Assembly: GCF_009914755.1 (NCBI RefSeq)
Contig: NC_060930.1
Direction: 5' to 3' (one strand)
Length of the DNA stretch: 64,000 bases
Origin: the human T2T-CHM13v2.0 reference genome, Homo sapiens
Part shown: positions 46,355-61,450 of the stretch, one piece after another
How the letters are laid out: each line of letters begins with the position of its first letter
How positions within the stretch are numbered: the stretch's first letter is position 1
Program-made: the position numbers and the translations under genes
The notes under the pieces: model-generated
Databases searched by the model: none
What the model was told of the DNA's origin: nothing
The model's input: only the letters and a program-made list of their open reading frames with translations

Positions 46355-46974
46355 AAAGAATTGATAGGCAGCAATTCTAACCTAAAGGGTTCATATTGAA
46401 ACCACTGATCATAGATTTCTGAATAGGTCCTAATTAATGAGAGAGTGCAACCATTTTCTGCTTGAGGGAATTGCCCATGTTCCAGACTGCAGACTTGACA
46501 TTCACATGCCATGAGAAAACATGGATTCAAATACAGAGACCCTAGGCTATTTCCTGGAGCTCCAACGATGTCATCAGAAACAAAAATGTTCCATTTGACA
46601 ACCATGAGATTTGACACTATTGACCTACATGGAAGTTTTTAACACTGCCACTCATTCTGCCATGTGTAAAGGGGTTCAGCAGGGTGACCTCAGGGATGCA
46701 TACATGCATTTTCTCCACACATCCTCCTTAATTCAAGGATCATATCTGTGGCTCCCCTAGCAAAGAATCAAAGGCCAAAGGTGGGTGGCCCAGACTCTTT
46801 CTCGTACTGGGGAACACAGGCAACAGCTGCGGCATATCACTGAGCTTGGCTGCTGACAGGGAAAAGCATTGATAATTTCATCAGATCTCACAGATCAGAA
46901 ACAACAGAATACCCTCCCGCTAATTGGTGGCCACCGTGACCGCTATAGTTGGTTTGATTGAAATCAGTATTTAA

Positions 46975-47445
46975 ATAATATTTTTAAATTGTGGTGAAAT
47001 ACACGTAACATAAAATTTACCATCTTAACCATTTTTTTAGTGTATAGTTCAGTCGTATTAAGTATGTTTACAGTGTTGTGCAACCAATTCCAGAACTGTT
47101 TCATCTTGCAGAACTGAAACTCAATGCCCATTAAGCAATTCCCATTTCCCACTCTCCACAGCCCCTGGCAACTGCAATTCAACTTTCTCTCTCTACAAAT
47201 TTGGCTACTTTAGGTACCTCACGTAAGCGGAATCATACAGTGTTTGTTCTTTTGTGACTGACTTATTTCACTAAGCATTTTGCTCTCAAGGTGCATCCAT
47301 GTTGTAGCGTGTGTCAGAATTTCCATTCTTTTTAAGGCAGAATAATATTCCATTGTATAAATATACCACACGTTTATCCATTTACTTGTCAATGGATACT
47401 TGGGTTTCTTCCACCTTTTGGCGATTGTGAATGATGCTGCTATGA
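46975..47445 (-). mobile_element. L1MB 3' end
   Basis: Antisense 3' UTR plus ORF2 C-terminus (FTIAKRWKKPKYP...WYIYTMEYYSA). Confidence 0.88.
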
Positions 47446-47789
47446 GTGGGGGCGTAGAATCAGTGTATTTAATTCTAACACTAAAAGGCTCATATTCCGT
47501 TGCATGACTAACCCACTCTATGATCCTCAGGAAGTCATGTGTTTTGTAGAGAGCATACAGTTGTTCTAATTCAGGGATCCCTTTGGATCCATGATACTCA
47601 TTAATATAGCTGAGTGGAGTTAGAGAATCTGTAGGCATGGAGCAGAAAGAAAGCTTAGCCAGTCTAAAAGTTGATGTAAATTTAAATCTTGGACTCCTTA
47701 GCACTAAATTTTCATTGCCCAGACTGTTCCAGCCAAGATTCACTGAGTGGATATTACCCAAAAGTTCCACCCTTATTGATAAAACAGTC

Positions 47790-47990
47790 ATGGCTAACAC
47801 TTGCATAGTGTTTAAAATGTTCTAGACCCCATTTTTAAGCTACGTACACTATCATCATCATAACTGTTTTACAAATGGGAAAATGAGTCTGGGTAGTTAA
47901 GTCCCTTGCCTAGTGTATGCAGTTAGTCGGGGCTGGTGTTTGAATGCAGGTAGTTTCACTCCAAAGTTCACGCACTTCACCATGATACTG
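47790..47990 (-). mobile_element. MIR
   Basis: TTTTACAAATGGGAAAATGAGTC...TTAAGTCCCTTGCC. Confidence 0.65.
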
Positions 47991-48106
47991 TGGACATACA
48001 TGGATAGATGTATATGGGAAAGTATATGATTGGGTGTTTTGGCAATCAGCAATAAGAGGAGACACATTAGAACTCCAAATCAATATTGTTAAAGAATGGT
48101 GCAACA

Positions 48107-48572
48107 CACGTATGTTTATTGCGGCACTATTCACAATAGCAAAGACTTGGAACCAACCCAAATGTCCAACAATGATAGACTGGATTAAGAAAATGTGGCA
48201 CATATACACCATGGAATACTATGCAGCCATAAAAAATGAGTTCAGGTCCTTTGTAGGGACATGGATGAAACTGGAAATCATCATTCTCAGTAAACTATCG
48301 CAAGGACAAAAAACCAAGCACTGCATGTTCTCACTCATAGGTGGGAATTGAACAATGAGAACACATGGACGCAGGAAGGGGAACATCACACTCTGGGGAC
48401 TGTTGTGGGGTCGGGGGAGGGGGGAGGGATAGCATTAGGAGATATACCTAATGCTAAATGACGAGTTAATGGGTGCAACACACCAGCATGGCACATGTAT
48501 ACATATGTAACTAACCTGCACATTGTGCACATGTACCCTAAAACTTAAAGTATAATAATAATAAAATTTAAA
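48107..48572 (+). mobile_element. 5'-truncated L1PA3-like insertion
   Basis: 3' UTR TTAGGAGATATACCTAATGCTAAATGACGAG; TSD AAA(G/A)AATGGTGCAACA at 48091-48106 and 48573-48588. Confidence 0.92.
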
Positions 48573-48599
48573 AAAAAATGGTGCAACAGCATAAAATAG

Positions 48600-48815
48600 A
48601 AAGTCCTCTGGTTTTCAAGTTGCACACAACTAATTGGAATCCCAGCTCGGCCAGCAGCTATTTGATAACACTGACCAAGTTTTTATCCTCTTGGCTTCAG
48701 TTTCCTTATGTGAAAATGAGAATAATAATATCCACTTAACTCAGTTGTGGAAAATTAAGAAAATAATGTTGTCAAGTGCTTAGCTTATAGTAGGTACTCA
48801 ATAAATGTTAGTTCT
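48600..48815 (+). mobile_element. MIR
   Basis: GAATCCCAGCTC...CTTCAGTTTCCTTATGTGAAAATGAGAATAATA...TAGTAGGTACTCAATAAATG. Confidence 0.8.
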
Positions 48816-48869
48816 CTTCACTCTTTTGGGGCAAGAGAAGAATGTGATCTCAAAAAACAGAAATATGTT

Positions 48870-49245
<376 letters not shown>

Positions 49246-49737
49246 TTATACCACTTTATTTTTCTTGTGTACACGGAACTTAACATTTTAATTGCCTCCT
49301 CTCTTGTGTTCTGCCAGAATCTGTTCACAAATGCAAGAGACACGTGATGTTGGAAACCTAACAACAGGTCCTAGTAAAATCAACCTTGTATTTTCTTCAA
49401 GTGGAGAAAGAGCTTTAAATGACAAGATAGGGACTTTGTTAATGGGCTAAACCTACGTTGTCTTTTCCTTGCCCTAGAATTCCATGCCTTTGAATATTTG
49501 TCATAAGTCAGCAAGGGAAGTGCTGTCTCTCAGGCTTCACCCAAGGTCATTGTTATGTTTTAGCAGCCACATAATCAAAGTCTTGCCTTTTCTTTTTATT
49601 TTTAAAAAATAGTGTAACAATCTAATCAATAGAAAATGCTATAAGTACATTTTTTTGATAAAATAATACTCACATGGAAGCTTAGATATTATTTGTCCAG
49701 TTAGATAAGTTGATTCAATAATAACCACACTTGTTAG

Positions 49738-50161
<424 letters not shown>

Positions 50162-50758
50162 CAGATCTGCCACTCTTAAAAGGAAGGTAGAGAAGAAGTT
50201 TCTTCATAGAGATTGAAGGATAGCATATATCTTTATGTGGAGACTTACATCTCCATACATGTATAGACAACAAATATTTCCATGTTGTTTCTCACTATTA
50301 CCCCTCTTTTCTTTGTAATGTTTTTCTTTGAGCAAAAAGTTTAACTCTTTAATTTGTTTCTTCTGAATGATGTTTAGGGATTGATTTCCATTAAATATCA
50401 AAAGAATGGCAAGTTCAAACAAGCTTAAGAAGCTATGGAACTGTCTGTAAGATGGATTCTATTTTCCATTTGTGCACGAAATACCTTGTTATCCACATTA
50501 TTTGAAGTTCTAGCCTACAGAGAGATAAGGACATTTGATTGAGTGTGAAAGGTAGGAATGGAAGTGTGGGTTGTTTAACCTTATTGGACTCTGTTGTTGA
50601 TTTCCAGATGGCAAAATGCATGTCCAGCCTCCAGTGACGCTGCATGGAGGGTTGGTGCTTTACTGAATGAAAGTGTTAACTGGAAAAACTTCCCTTACCT
50701 GGAAACAGATGAAGTCCTATAACTTTTAAGACCTGGCTCTTTTTGCGTATTATGGTAG

Positions 50759-51101
<343 letters not shown>

Positions 51102-52352
51102 CTGATTATCTTTTCTTGAACAATCATATCCCTTCTTTGGAGTGACTGGATGTCTGCTGTCAACATTTACATCAAATCATATTTTTCCCTTAGGCCAACC
51201 CTGCCCACAATCACTCTTGAACTATTAGGTTACTGCTATAAAACACTATTCACAAATTTTAAAAGGTAATTACTGTTTGCATCTTTAAGTTCTCAGGAAC
51301 AATTTTGTTGGTTATTCTGCACCTTATAATATTAGTCTATTCCCATTTTAGAGACAAAACTAAGCATGAGATAGGATAGTGACTGGTTGAGAAGTTAGCA
51401 GTGAATTGTGGTTCAAGGTGAGAATTCACAGACTTTGGTCCACTGAGCCATGTTTCCCATGCTTACATGTCTGTGAAACAGCTGCAGCTGAAACTCTGAG
51501 AAATATTCTCTGCAAAGTGGAATATTTTAAAAGAACCAAGATCTCCTTCCCCTCTTCTCTTCATACAAGAATCTGCTCCATTTCTCATAGCTATTCACCC
51601 TCCTTGGTTTGAGCACCCTGGGACAGCAACTCATTGTAGATCCAGTATCTCCATTTGACAAAAGGTGCTTCTCCCAGTAGGGAAAGCCCCTAAAAATCTA
51701 CTTCTTGGGCTTTGACATTGGCCAGTATTTTGGGACAAGGGTTTTCAGAAATAATTTTTCAAAGGGGAAATATTGCATTCCTTAGCTAGATTATTGAACT
51801 GGAAGTTCGTGAGCCTTGTCCCTATAATTTATAAATCGGTTTAGTCCTTTGCATCTCAAGGTGTCATCTCTTTGCTTTTAACCTCTGTCATTTTTTCCTT
51901 TCTTTTCCCCTTGTTGTCTTCTTTCTCTCTGTATATGTTTCTATCATTTTTTTTTCTTTATCTCATGTTTATATTTCTCTCTGGGCTGTTTTTCTATGTT
52001 TTGTCTTTGTACTTCTTTCCTTGCTCTTATTTACCTTTTGCCATAATTTCAGTGAATGTTTATTGGACACCTATTTCAAACTAAGGAGTGGGCTGAATAC
52101 TAAAGAGATAGAATGAAAGTCTTTGCCCTTCAAGAAAATCAGCACTCTTGTAAAACCTGTTGCCTCTCTTAATTAACCATGATAGAAAACTGAGTTAACT
52201 TTCCTGGCTTTGTCTTATGTTTCTCACAGTTAACTGAAAAAGAGAAAGAAAATTAAATATGTTATATTTCCTATTGCAAAGAAAAAAAAGATCATCTAAG
52301 TGGGTTTGTTTTTTTACCTTTTTGTGACACCCAGTTGATTTTATATATTTTA

Positions 52353-52750
<398 letters not shown>

Positions 52751-52888
52751 AAAATGCTAATAATATGGGTCAGGTTCTCTGAGATCCTATTGGTTCATCT
52801 CTCATCAGTAAGCAATGAAGCAGTGCCTTATGGTTGGCTTACATGCAGACACTTCCAGTCTTTCACGTAGTGAATTGCGTGAGACTAA

Positions 52889-53057
52889 CAGTGCTCAGCC
52901 TCGGGCTTGCCTCAGAGCCACCTGGAGGGCTTGTTAAAGCACCTGTTTCTGGGCCCCACCCCTAGAGTTTCTGATTCAGCAAGTCCAGGCAGGGGCCTGA
53001 GAATCTGCATTTCTTACAACTTCCTGAGTGATGCTGATGTTGCTGCTTCTGGGACTA
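52889..53057. mobile_element. MER5A
   Basis: CACCTGGAGGGCTTGTTAAA...GGGCCCCACCCCTAGAGTTTCTGATTCAG...GTGATGCTGATG. Confidence 0.85.
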
Positions 53058-53149
53058 AATAGTTCAGAGACAATTTTGCGGGTAGGGTTTTGGTGGCAGA
53101 TCTATTCACTTATCCTCATTTTTTTTTTTTGTTCAGAATAGTGAATCTT

Positions 53150-53568
53150 TGATGTAGCTTGAATGTTTGTCCCCTCCAAGTCTCATGTTGACATGTGATC
53201 CCCAGTGTTGCAGGTGGGGCCTGGTGGGAGGTGTTTGGGTCATGAGGTGGATTCCTCGGGACAGTTTGATGCCATTCTGACAAGATGGAGTGAGTTCTTA
53301 CTCTTGGCTCCTGCAAGATCTGGTTGTTAAGTCTGCTGCCTCCTTCCCCTCTCTTTGGCCTCCTCCTCTCTTGTCCTGTGACTTATTTTCTCCCCCTTCA
53401 CCTTCCACCATGAGTAGAAACTTCATGAGGACTTCACCAGAAGCTGAGCAGATGCTGGTACCGTGCTTCCTGTATAACCTGCAGAACCATGAGCCAAATA
53501 AATCTCTTTTCTTTATGAATTACCCAGCCCCAGGCATTCCATTATAGCAATGCAAATGGACTAAGACA
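53150..53568 (+). mobile_element. MSTB-type solo LTR
   Basis: TGATGTAGCTTGAATGTTTGTCCCC...GGACTAAGACA; near-TSD ATCTT/ACCTT. Confidence 0.9.
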
Positions 53569-54245
53569 ACCTTTAAAAAAACTAATAAATAAAAATATCA
53601 TTTAATACACTATTCTTTATTTTCCTATGAGTGAAGAGCATAAACATTATTCTCAAGAGTCTCAGAACTTCCAGCCTTGGCCAAGATACAAAGGGCAGGG
53701 GACCCTTCTTTAGATGCTACTTGGTGTTTGCACACCTCTCTCAGCTGTGTCAGACATTGCTAAGGAGCTTTGTAGTCAACTCTGGCAATATTGTTTTTTT
53801 AAGCCAAGGAGCAAAAACATGAGCATGGCTCAATATTAAATGTTGACTTTAAAGTCCTCCTGCTCTTACTGTTTTTGTAATTTAAAGAAATCTAATCCCT
53901 TCATATGGCCCTGCTGTGCCTCTCCCTGGCATCATATTTGTTTGGGCTTTGGAGTCAACATTAATACAATGATTTAAAGGAAAAAGAAAACAGCAACCTT
54001 AAAAGCCGGGGTTTCTTTTAGACCCAGGCCATGGACAGGCCAACCGTATGGGTGTGGATGTAGGACATCTGCATGTTTCTGCGAAGAGCACATGTGTGAG
54101 GGAGAAATGGGGAGCACTGGGGCCACCCAACTTATGAAACAGAGAAAGGCTTTACTGCTTAAAAACCTTAAGGATCAGGTCGGCAGGTGGCTTGGGTGAC
54201 ACAGGAAAGAATTTGGGGATTTAAAAAACCTACAAATGATGTTTA

Positions 54246-54547
54246 TTTTTTATTTTTATTTTTTGAGGTAGAATTTTGCTGTTTTGCCCAGGCTGGAGTG
54301 AAGTGGTATCATCTTGGCTCACTGCAACCTCCGCCCACCCAGGTTCAAGCTATTCTCCTGCCTCAGCCTTCTGAGTAGCTGGGATTATAGGCACCCACTG
54401 CCACACCCGGCTAATTTTTGTATTTTTAGTAGAGACGGGGTTTCACCACGTTGGCCAGGCTGGTCTCGAACTCCTGACCTCAGGTGATTCACCCGCCTCA
54501 GCTTCCCAAAGTACTAGGATTACAGGTGTAAGCCACTGCACACGGCC
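54246..54547 (-). mobile_element. AluSx-like
   Basis: TSD TACAAATGATGTTTA. Confidence 0.94.
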
Positions 54548-54716
54548 TACAAATGATGTTTAAATGTTATTTAATACATTGAAGTCTCCAAGAAGACAGT
54601 TTTATTAACTCTCTGATTTTCAATTCACTCCAGTAATAGTGAACTTTTGCTTCTCAAATGAGAACCTTCTTAATTTTCTGAGACTAACTCTAAGCTCTAA
54701 CTCTAAGCTGTTATAA

Positions 54717-55023
<307 letters not shown>

Positions 55024-56659
55024 AATATTTTTCATTTGAACCATAAAAAAAATTCACTGTGAGTACTGAAAGTATTTTTTACTTACAAATATCATACTAT
55101 TTTTTGTTTTTGTCTTTTTTAAAGACAGTGTGTCACTGTACCCTGCCCATGCTATCTTTTAAATTTATTCAGCAGACTCAACCTTTGGGCCCCAATGTAA
55201 TGGCGTAGAGAACATTTCATATCAACTCATTCATCTTGTCTGTCCATTTGTTCTTGGCCTTGGTAGAACTGGAAAACTTCTGACACATAGACCTGACTGG
55301 GAGGGGGGAAATTTTAATGTTACAACCGAAGAACCACAGGAAGGGATATCCCAACTCTATTCCCATGGACTCGTGATTTCCCCAAGAGGCAAACACAGCA
55401 GATCACTTCGTCCATCATCTTCTTTGGTCTTTTAAAGAGCACAGCTTTTCCGGGACATGGACAGAAACCCCAGAGACAATTGAACTCATTGAGAAGCTGA
55501 TTCCTTGTGCTGGGGACCAGGCTAACCCTGAATAAAGGAAGTCTTGCTCTCACTGTAGACTCTTTGCAACCTGTTTAAATCAAAGGAATTAATCCACACT
55601 GCAGCACACAGCTTATTTGTGATCATTAAGTGAAGTAGTGAAGAGGGGAACAAATGTTGTATACTCAGAGACACAGCCAATGTCATCCCCATGTGAGACG
55701 TGCTTGCTGGCTTGTGTGTTAAAGAGTGACTGGACTCCCATTCCTGTATGTTGAGGTTTCTCTAAACTCCAGTTCTGCCTTCCCAGTCAACAGAGGCTAA
55801 AGATACTAGGGAACATTATATGTTTTGTTCCTCTCTGTACATAGTTTTTCAGGTACCCAGGTTTTGCAACTTCACTACCTCTTCTTTGCTATTGTTAGGA
55901 ATAAATACTATGGAGGTGGTGAGGGGACAAAAGAGCATACTGAAAAGGGCATGAGACAGGAGAGAGGATGGCAGATCCAAAACTCGGGGTGGGGAAAGAG
56001 CTTACCTGAATGATTTAAGACCCAGAAAAAGATGAGAACAGATACCCTGGGTGAATGTATCAGAGACCAGAGGCTGGTGAACCACTTCCAGAAAACCTGT
56101 GCCTCAGGCCTGAATGAAGCAGAATTCCTGAAGTCAGCCAAAGGAAGACCAGTCTGATGGTTCACAGAGGTGACCCAAGGAGGCAGCTGGCACAGAGGCC
56201 AGGTAGGAAGTGCCGCAATAGTGGCTGGCCCCTGGCAGTGCAGGAGAATCACCTGGAGCTTTGGGAGAATGCCAAGGTCTGGAGAAACACATATCTGTTA
56301 TGAAGTTCATAAACAGGCAGAAGTAAATAATATATGTTTTAGATATACATACATTTGCATATAGATATAATAAAAGCATTTTCAAAACAAAGATGTAAAA
56401 ATTCAGGGTCACGTTTACCTCTGGTGTAGGTAAATGAATGCATTAGTTGAGGATCACATGGATAATGAACTAATTATGATGTCCTGGCTCTTAAAGCAGG
56501 TGGCAAGTTCACGGGTATTTGTTATATTATTAAAATTGGACTACATGAAAGATGCACCAATGCAGTGGTGATGCATGTGCCATGAATCAAGATTCAAACT
56601 TTTCCAGTTCTAAGCACCTGAGATGCGATTTAGAAATGTACTAATGCTGCTATTTAAAA

Positions 56660-56890
56660 ATTAGGACGGCTACTATTAGGCCATCTTAATTTGGATGGCT
56701 ACTATTAAAAACATTAGAAAATAAGTGTTGGCGAGGATGTAGAGAAGATAGAACCCTCATGCACTCTTGGTGGGAATGTAAAATGGTGCATGCAGCCAGT
56801 GTGGAAAATAGCGTGTGGTTCCTCAAAAAATTAAACATTGAATTACCAGATGCTCTAGCAATACCATTTCTGGATATATATCTAAAATAA
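56660..56890 (+). mobile_element. Old L1 ORF2 3' fragment
   Basis: AAGTGTTGGCGAGGATGTAGAGAA...GGTGGGAATGTAAAATGG. Confidence 0.8.
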
Positions 56891-57889
56891 TCACCACATA
56901 CAGTGGCTCATGCCTATAATCTCAGCATTTTGGGATCTGGGAGCCCTCCCTTGGCTAGGGGCTATTTTCTAGGGTGTGAAAGAATGTGATACATGTGCTC
57001 TGTCCACTTCCCTGTCCCGTGGCACAGGGACAATCAGAAAGTCCCCTCTGCTGGGAGAAGGTCACGGTCCAAGATGACAGGTAAACCCAAGGTCAGAAGC
57101 CCAGGGCTCTTGAGGATGCCAACTGGCTCCACCGTATCGGGTGATTTCTCACATTCCTGGGGCCAAGTCTCCTGTTTTGTAACAGTTCAGTCAAGGATTT
57201 TACTGGAGTAGACAAGCATGAAATGAATTTTCCAGAGACGTTTCCGAAGTGGGGGAAAGTTCATGGCTCCAAGGCACCGGTGGATAATGAAACAAAACTG
57301 CGAGCTTCTGTTTTTCTTTAGAAAGAGGGCTTCCCAGTTTTTAAAATCTGGATTTCTAAAACTTGAGCTGTATTTTCAACTCTCAGCTCAGCTTTGCCCT
57401 CTCACCCTGGTGTTGCAAGTGGATTCTGCGCTGCTTCTGAATTACCCAGGTGGGCTGCCCGGGTTCTGCAAAGCACTGCAATATCGCTCAGAGCAGGTGC
57501 TCTTCAGACCTCTGGTTGCGATTACTCTCAGCGCAGGGTCACCACCACCCAGAGGGACACACTTGGAGCAAACTTAGTGAAGGGCGCTTGCCTTAATCAG
57601 CTGGTAATCGCCCATTATCAGTCTTTATTAGACTGTTGTTTATTTTAAGGAACTCGTCTTTGATTTATGTAAAACCAAATACTTAGTTTCAAAATGAAAA
57701 CTAAAAAAAACCTGGCCATCCTTTTTCACTTTTGGCATTACCTACCCCGCACTTGTCTTTGATATACATATGTACAGAAACCAATTTTGGGCTCCCAGAC
57801 CTAGGAGAAATAAGGAAAATAAAAAACAAAAATCAGTTTTATAAAACATGCTAATAAAAATACTTCGATTCATACTCATCCACCACTCA

Positions 57890-58040
57890 CTGAATCTGCC
57901 GGTTCTGAACCTCGCTTCCACTGTTTGACCTTGAGTAACTTATTTAATAAATCAGTGAGACTCAGTTACCTCTAAATTGGAATAATAATACCTATTTGGA
58001 GGGGACTATTATAAGAATTAAGTAAAATACCATATACTGC
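57890..58040 (+). mobile_element. MIR
   Basis: TGACCTTGAGTAACTTATTTAA...CTCAGTTACCTCTAAATTGGAATAATAATACCTA. Confidence 0.7.
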
Positions 58041-59874
58041 CTCTTGGAATCACTCCTTTATCTCTATTAAAATTATTACCATCAGAATGCAGATCTCCAG
58101 TTTACTACACTTTACACCCTAGTTGCAGAAATGGTATCAAGGACTGACTCCAAGCTTATGTCCTTGCAACTAGCCTGACACTGACAAACGTTTCCCTTCC
58201 TGAAACACCAGCCCCTTGATACCACCCTTGCTTGAGGTTTCCAGTAGCTTCTTACTGCCTGTCCATACCAGCTGCAGCTCAAAACCCACCATAGCTTCAT
58301 CCCGTTCCACTTCTATGACTATACTAAATGTTGCCTGTTTCCATCGGAGTGCCCTTTTAAACCCTTTTTCCTGGAGGTAGGAAAGTCTAACTTAGTTTTT
58401 CTAACTGCTTTTTGTTTTGTACATGTCTCTATCTTCCCACTCTTTCCTCACCACCCACTTCTTTCTCTCTAGCAAAATCCGTGTGCATCCAATAGGATTT
58501 ACCTGCAGACCAGCCCCTCCCAGAAAATAGTCCCAACGTCGCCAGTCCACTCTGATCTTAGCCCCTCACTGAGCTCCGGCTGTCCCTGTAATCCTGACCG
58601 TGCTTTCACGCTTTTCATGGCTGAAGAGTCCTGCAAAATATGGAAACCCAGAGAAAAATGGTTAACAAACACTGACTATGATTTTCCTGATTGCACAGCT
58701 CAAGAGATTGAGTTCAACCACTTAAACTAGCTCAGATGTGGCACCTCTTAATCAAACCCTGTCTTTCTTTAGCCCTTTCTTTTCTCTTTTTCTTCCAATA
58801 AAAGAGTACTTAACATTGGATCTTTTATCTTGATCAGCAAAGTTTTATATTTAACTTTTTTCCCCCAAGACGTTTTAGAGGTACTTTATTTTTTTCTATT
58901 TTCTAGAGTGTGAAACATGGTATCTTAAAATTTACCTTAAAATTTATCAACATATTTTGTTTTGGATTTTCACAACATACTTATTTTAGATCCTTTGCTT
59001 TCACTTTAAAAAATAAAACAATGTCAACACTTCATACTGAAACAAGAGGGCATATTACAGAAAATGTCTTCTATTTCTCCTCTGTAATTGATTTCTAAAA
59101 TTACTTTGTTACTAAATGTGCTATCTTAAGCTGACTACCAGCTTTTGCAGGCATTTCCTGGAATCAGAATGTTGGAATGCCAAGAGTTGTATGTTTGAAG
59201 CAACACACCTGTTAGTTGCAACTTTGTTTTATTCTTTCTTTAGAATTATATACAAAAGATATTATAAAGATACAATGTTCCACAAAGCACAGATGATTTA
59301 GTATCTATTTGTAATATGAGCTCATAGCATTACATCAGTGTTTTATAGATACAATGTCATATCCCAAGGCATTGTAGCAATACATTCCATATCACCATCT
59401 TTATTTTGTAATTCTTGAGAATAAGAAGAGTTAGCGTCACATAATCTTGGGATTAATGAATTTGAAATAATCACATATGTGAATTTTGTAGCATTTCTAG
59501 AATTCCAACAATTGAAAATTATATTTAAGCAACAGCTTTCATAGTTATGACTATGTTTATATTCAGATAAAATAAAATTCACAAAAGAGACAAAAAATAG
59601 AAAATATTTGGTGAAGTTTGCTAGTGGAAATCTGATTGGTCTCATAACTTAATCTTTAATTATTTGCTGTCATTAAGGGATATACTACTTAAAACTCAGA
59701 CTTAAAAGCAAAGATCTCTCTCTAACCTGTTAAAATCCTATGTCCTCTTTGAACACATGTTTAAGGTGAAAATGAAACATGTTATTCCCTCTAATAGAGG
59801 GATACTTTGCCAACAAGTAGATTGTCAGGCAATCGAGGAAAAAACAAATGGCTTGAGTAATCTAAAAACTGATT

Positions 59875-61450
59875 GATCCATTCAACAAATGTTTATTGAA
59901 TGCCTAGTGCGGACAGACATTGTTCTAGGCAGCAGCGATGCATGGATGAACAAGACCAAGCAAGTCCTTGCTGTTATGGGGCTCACATTCTTGCGGGGGA
60001 TGGACAAGAATAAATGAGAAAATAAGCCTATAATTATGGTAAGAGCTTTAATGGGAATGAACCAGGCATGGTGATGAGAGGAGGCACTTGCTCTGAAAGA
60101 GTCATCAGAGAAGTTTGCTCCAAGGAGCTACCGTGACATCTAAACTAAGATCTGACAAATGAGAAGGGCCCAACTTTATGCAAAGGGGAAAGAATATGCA
60201 AGCACCCTGAAGTGGAAGGCACATTGGAGGAGCAAAAAGACAGTCAAAACGGCTGGGATACAGGGAGAGGGGGAGCGAATGGTACAAGGTGAAATGGAGT
60301 TTCATAGGGTCTCAGTCAACTAGAGTATTGTAAATTGGAGGAAAGCTGTACATTGTATTTTAAGTGCTTTTAGAAAGGAAATACCTGGATGCTTTCAAGC
60401 ATAGAAATGACAAGATCTGATTTATATTTTATAAACACCTCTCTGGCTGCTGCGTGGGAATGGATTGTGGAGGGAAAAGTAGAAGCAGAAGGACATGCAG
60501 AGACAATTGTGGTCATCCAAGGAAGTGATGGCAGTGGTTGAAATCAGTGTGACAGCAGTGGAGATGGATGAGGCAGATGGATTTGAAATATGCTTTGAAG
60601 ACAGAGCCACCAGACCCACTGATGGATTAGAAAGGAAAAATCAAGTATTGAGTTCCTGGGTGGGTAGTTGATTCTGTTATCTGAGATTGAAAGGACTAGG
60701 GGAGGAACAGGTTAGAAGGTAGGAGAGAATTACTTCATATTTGAGACACCAGTTAAAGAACCTAATGGAGATATTGAGTTGGGTATCTGAGTCTGGAGCC
60801 CAGGAGAGAGGTCAGGGATGAAAAGGAGTCTGGGAGTCCCTGGCATATTGACCTCTCAAGTCTTAGGACCAGACTGTTTCACTAGAGAGACAATGTAGGC
60901 AGAGAGGCTGGCCTAGAACTATGTCCTGGGAGTACTCCAACATATTAGAGGTTCAGCTGAAGAGGAGACTCCAGCAGAGAAAACATAAGAAACTTCCAGA
61001 GAGGCATGAGGAAAACCAGATGAATACAAATGAAAAGAAGCAAGAGGTTTCCATAAAGGAGGTGATCAGCTGTGCGGAGAGATACTGAAGGGGTTGGTAA
61101 GAGGAGGGCTTGGAGAGGGCAATTGGATTTGACAATGTGGCAATTCTTTGGGATGTGGACAAGAATATTTTAAAAAGAGTTCTGGGGACCAAAAGCCCAT
61201 CGCAGTAAGTAAGGAAGTGGATCCAGAGACCATGAGTGACTTTGTTGAGAATTTTGCTAGAAAAGGGAGTAGAGAAATGAGGCAGCAGTTAGAAGAAGAC
61301 GTAGGGTCAAAGGAGGGATTTGGTTTGTTTGTATGTTCTGTTTAAAGATGAGAGACAGTGAAGCATATGAGCATGCTGAAAAGAATGACCTAGTGGGGCT
61401 GATGATACAGGAAGGTGTGTAATTAACAGAAGTGGAGCCAGCCGTCAATA
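59875..61450 (-). mobile_element. Long L2 fragment
   Basis: CATTCAACAAATGTTTATTGAATGCC 3' end; GACAAGATCTGATTTATATTTT...CTCTGGCTGCTG; purine-rich antisense body. Confidence 0.8.

Noticed and set aside
47219-47806. 195-aa minus-strand ORF
   Set aside because: Chance fusion of unique sequence to an L1MB ORF2 C-terminus, with a non-ATG start
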